DNA from: an uncultured Verrucomicrobiae bacterium
GTDB taxonomy: Bacteria > Verrucomicrobiota > Verrucomicrobiia > Limisphaerales > Palsa-1400
Length of the DNA: 64,000 nt
Reading direction: 5' to 3'
NCBI GenBank assembly: GCA_963764165.1
Contig: CAVXRD010000001.1
Location: 224,001-288,000, forward strand
A model generated the notes under the pieces. It was not told the DNA's origin. It searched no databases and saw only the letters and a list, made by a program, of their open reading frames with translations. This document shows positions 61,398 through 64,000 of this stretch, in pieces; the stretch's first letter is position 1; every line of letters begins with the position of its first letter. A program made the translations under genes and the position numbers.

Positions 61398-61895
61398 GTG
61401 CCTTTCACACTACAGGAACCGAGCGAGTATGAGGTTTACGATGCCTATCTAACAAATCTCTATGGCAACAGATCGGCCAAAATTGTCGTTTCATGCGGGA
61501 CAATCCCGCCCGATCCCAAACCGAGCAAGGCCTATATCCGACGCGGTTTGCCAGGCGTGAGACCTGACACCCTCGCGAACTTCGATCGAGCCTGTAAGCG
61601 ACGGAAGGAACTGCACAGGGAGTTTTTCAAGTGCGCCGCCCGTATTCAGCTCACTCCACAGCCAGCGAGCGAGACATACGGTTTGCATAGCATTCGTACT
61701 GATTTTCCTACCGGTAATGGCATTGTTTACTTCTCATGCATCGGATTCTCCAAGGATGGTCGCCAGGCGCTCGGAAGTGTTGATACATTTTCTAACAAAT
61801 CGTTTCCGAACGCGGGATTCGGTTGGTTTATCCTAGCGAACTTTGTTCGTGGAGCTTGGCAGGTGGTCGAGAAGAAAATGGCTTGGATTGCATAG
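61398..61895 (+). CDS. Hypothetical protein
   Basis: 165-aa ORF containing FSCIGFSKDGRQAL...W. Confidence 0.6.
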   Translation: MPFTLQEPSEYEVYDAYLTNLYGNRSAKIVVSCGTIPPDPKPSKAYIRRGLPGVRPDTLANFDRACKRRKELHREFFKCAARIQLTPQPASETYGLHSIRTDFPTGNGIVYFSCIGFSKDGRQALGSVDTFSNKSFPNAGFGWFILANFVRGAWQVVEKKMAWIA

Positions 61896-61974
61896 GTCGA
61901 GCCTCATTTTTTATGCGTCGAATAATCGCAAATGTTTACTGGCCCAAGACTGAAGAAAAGCCCGTCGTTTCGAA

Positions 61975-62289
61975 TTGCTTCTGTTCTTGGTTTGGGCGAT
62001 CGCGACCCTTGAGTTCTCGGTATTGGTGATCGGGGGCAAAATTTTTCTGATCAGCCTTTATGGGTGGACAAACGTGCACGAACAAGGGTTGGTGATATTG
62101 GCGATGCCCAAGGGTCGCCCCTGGCCTCTTTCTAACGGAGATGTTGTTCCAGCAGGTCTGACATTCTACCATTACGCGATCTCGCCGGTGTGCTGGCTCG
62201 CGATATTTTTCATTACAGATCTCCCACTTCGGCTAGCCTTACCAAAAAAGAACCCAAAGTCCTCATGGAAAATATTCTTAAAAAAATAA
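61975..62289 (+). CDS. Hypothetical membrane protein
   Basis: Two hydrophobic segments; start uncertain. Confidence 0.45.
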   Translation: MLLFLVWAIATLEFSVLVIGGKIFLISLYGWTNVHEQGLVILAMPKGRPWPLSNGDVVPAGLTFYHYAISPVCWLAIFFITDLPLRLALPKKNPKSSWKIFLKK

Positions 62290-62290
62290 G

Positions 62291-62306
62291 TTGACCGTTC
62301 GGTCAA
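62291..62306. promoter_or_regulatory. Putative TetR operator
   Basis: Palindrome TTGACCG-TT-CGGTCAA; related sites at ~62391 and ~63089. Confidence 0.65.
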
Positions 62307-62420
62307 ATTGTGGCAGATTGGTTGCGTCGAGAGAAAAAATGACGAAGGAAATAACAGTCAATTGGCCTGCGAGTAAGGCAAGATGGCCCGCCGACCGGAA
62401 TCGGTAAGGGAATCACGTTT

Positions 62421-63029
62421 ATGGCTAAGCCTGGCATCACTAAAGATAAACTCGTGGAAGTCGCTTTCGATCTTATTTGGGATCAGGGCTACGGGTCGGT
62501 GAGCGTGGGGGATATTTGTGAGCGGGCGGGCGTCAATAAGGGCAGTTTTTATCACTTTTTTGAGTCGAAGACGGATCTCGTCATTGCGGCGCATGAGCAT
62601 TTTTGGGAGGTGAAGCGGCCCGAGATGGATCGGATTTTTTCGTCGCAAGTGCCTCCGCTGGAACGCATTCACTTGTGGTGTGAATGGGTTTACGCGACGC
62701 AGAAGGAGCGATTGGAGATGCACGGCCACGTTTGCGGCTGCCCCTATGCAAGCGTGGGCACGGAAGTCGCCGGGTGCGATGATCGCATTCGGGCCACCAG
62801 CGAGCGGTTGATGGCGCGCGGGTTGAAGTATTTTGAGAATACCATCGCGGATGCGATTCGCGAGGGGCTTGTTTCGGTCACAGACCCGGCTCAGGCGGCG
62901 CAGAGGATTTGTTGTTTGATTACCGGGATCATGGTTTCGGCCAAGGTTCAGAATAGTTTGGATGTGTTCAAGGACTTGGAACCGTCTATTTTGAATCAAC
63001 TGGGCGCAAAAGTCCCGGCAGTGTCCTAA
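62421..63029 (+). CDS. TetR/AcrR family regulator
   Basis: GYGSVSVGDICERAGVNKGSFYHFFESK. Confidence 0.93.
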   Translation: MAKPGITKDKLVEVAFDLIWDQGYGSVSVGDICERAGVNKGSFYHFFESKTDLVIAAHEHFWEVKRPEMDRIFSSQVPPLERIHLWCEWVYATQKERLEMHGHVCGCPYASVGTEVAGCDDRIRATSERLMARGLKYFENTIADAIREGLVSVTDPAQAAQRICCLITGIMVSAKVQNSLDVFKDLEPSILNQLGAKVPAVS

Positions 63030-63123
63030 TCGTTGTTCGCCATTCGTTTTAATTGTGTAAATAGGCCAGAGGTTTGTTCAAAAAAGAATTGACCGGTCAG
63101 TTTAAAGTTGAAGGAAAAAATTT

Positions 63124-63456
63124 ATGAAAACGCCAAATAATAGATGCTTGGAACACACAAATTCAGTGAGTCAAACGCAAACTCAAACGCGGTTCGCGGC
63201 GCTGGTCAGCCATTGCCGTGATGGATTGGAAAAATTGAAGGGCCAGCTCGTGCAGCGGTTCACTTCGGAATTCGCCGATGTCAACGCGCACATCATCCGC
63301 CAGGCGGTCAATGAAGCGGACGCACTGGCGGCTTTGACCGACATACCCCACCTTGTCCTGCCCGTGCTGGCGGAAGAGAAGGTGCAAGGGGTGCGCGAGT
63401 GGGCGCGCAGGCAGCAGGAAATCCGCGAACGGTCGCAATTCAGTTTCGCCGCTTGA
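63124..63456 (+). CDS. Hypothetical protein
   Basis: AAGGA RBS; RQAVNEADALAALTDIPHLVLPVLAEEKV. Confidence 0.65.
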   Translation: MKTPNNRCLEHTNSVSQTQTQTRFAALVSHCRDGLEKLKGQLVQRFTSEFADVNAHIIRQAVNEADALAALTDIPHLVLPVLAEEKVQGVREWARRQQEIRERSQFSFAA

Positions 63457-63519
63457 TGCGCCCGGCGCGGATTCGGTTCAACTGGCAACTAAACCAAACC
63501 AAACTAAACCAAAAACGTT

Positions 63520-64000
63520 ATGTCGCTATTTATGTCTTTGTCTTTGAAAAATTCCTGGAAGTCGTCCGTGGCAATTCTGGCGCTGGCTGCGGCCACGACG
63601 GGTTGCGAAAAGAAAATCGAACAGAAACCGCCGCCTCCCCCAGAGGTGACGGTCGCGCCGGTGGAGCAGCGCCCGCTCATCGAGTGGAGCGAATTCACCG
63701 GGCGCACGGAGGCGGTTGAGTCGGTCGAGGTGCGCCCGCGCGTTTCCGGCTACATTCAGAAGGTCTGCTTTCAATCCGGCCAGCTTGTGAAGAAAGGCGA
63801 CGTGCTCTTCAAAATCGATCCTCGCTGGCACAAGGCGGATTTCGACCGCCTTCAAGCCGAGGCCGACCGGGCCAAGGTCCAACTCGACATCGCCAAGCGC
63901 GAAGCGGATCGCACCAAGGATTTGCTCGAGAACAAAGCCATTTCCATCGAGGAGGCCGATCAGCGCGTTGCCCGGTATAACGAAGCCAAAGCGGCACTGC
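63520..64000 (+). CDS. RND efflux periplasmic adaptor (MexE-like), partial
   Basis: Hand translation: lipobox-like TTGC, EWSEFTGRTEAVESVEVRPRVSGYI..GQLVKKGDVLFKIDPR; runs off the right edge. Confidence 0.92.
   Translation, partial: MSLFMSLSLKNSWKSSVAILALAAATTGCEKKIEQKPPPPPEVTVAPVEQRPLIEWSEFTGRTEAVESVEVRPRVSGYIQKVCFQSGQLVKKGDVLFKIDPRWHKADFDRLQAEADRAKVQLDIAKREADRTKDLLENKAISIEEADQRVARYNEAKAAL

Noticed and set aside
63486..63515. AAACC/AAACT short tandem repeat before the RND gene as a phase-variation tract
   Set aside because: Only about five imperfect, intergenic units; insufficient evidence.

Overview
GC-rich bacterial chromosome segment, probably Verrucomicrobiota or another PVC lineage (inferred from the DUF1549/DUF1553 + DUF1501 pair and gene style). 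Bases 1-17961 look like one end of a mobilisable island inserted at the 3' end of tRNA-Gly(CCC). The island carries a MOBF relaxase-helicase that runs off the left edge and is absent from the ORF track, a sigma-54 two-component / YVTN / TonB-receptor cargo, an HTH + ParA-like operon, three secreted proteins, a ~770-nt ORF-less group II intron with EBS1/IBS1 and EBS2/IBS2 pairing intact, and a MITE. The rest is mostly core or metabolic genes: lpxD, two Gfo/Idh/MocA oxidoreductases, tRNA-Ala, PQQ dehydrogenases, rpoN, glmS, a UbiB kinase, trxA, a PilC-like protein, and TetR plus an RND adaptor. These are interspersed with accessory blocks, decayed toxin-antitoxin pairs, REP/REPIN repeats and MITEs. 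The most unusual signal is a non-coding element present twice (28344-28707 and 58962-59405). Each copy has a minus-strand sigma70-like promoter, a hairpin plus boxA-like motif, three 10-bp repeats, and helically phased GCWACA hexamers around an IHF-like site, and each sits at the head of a block of accessory genes. All calls were made by eye; no searches were run.
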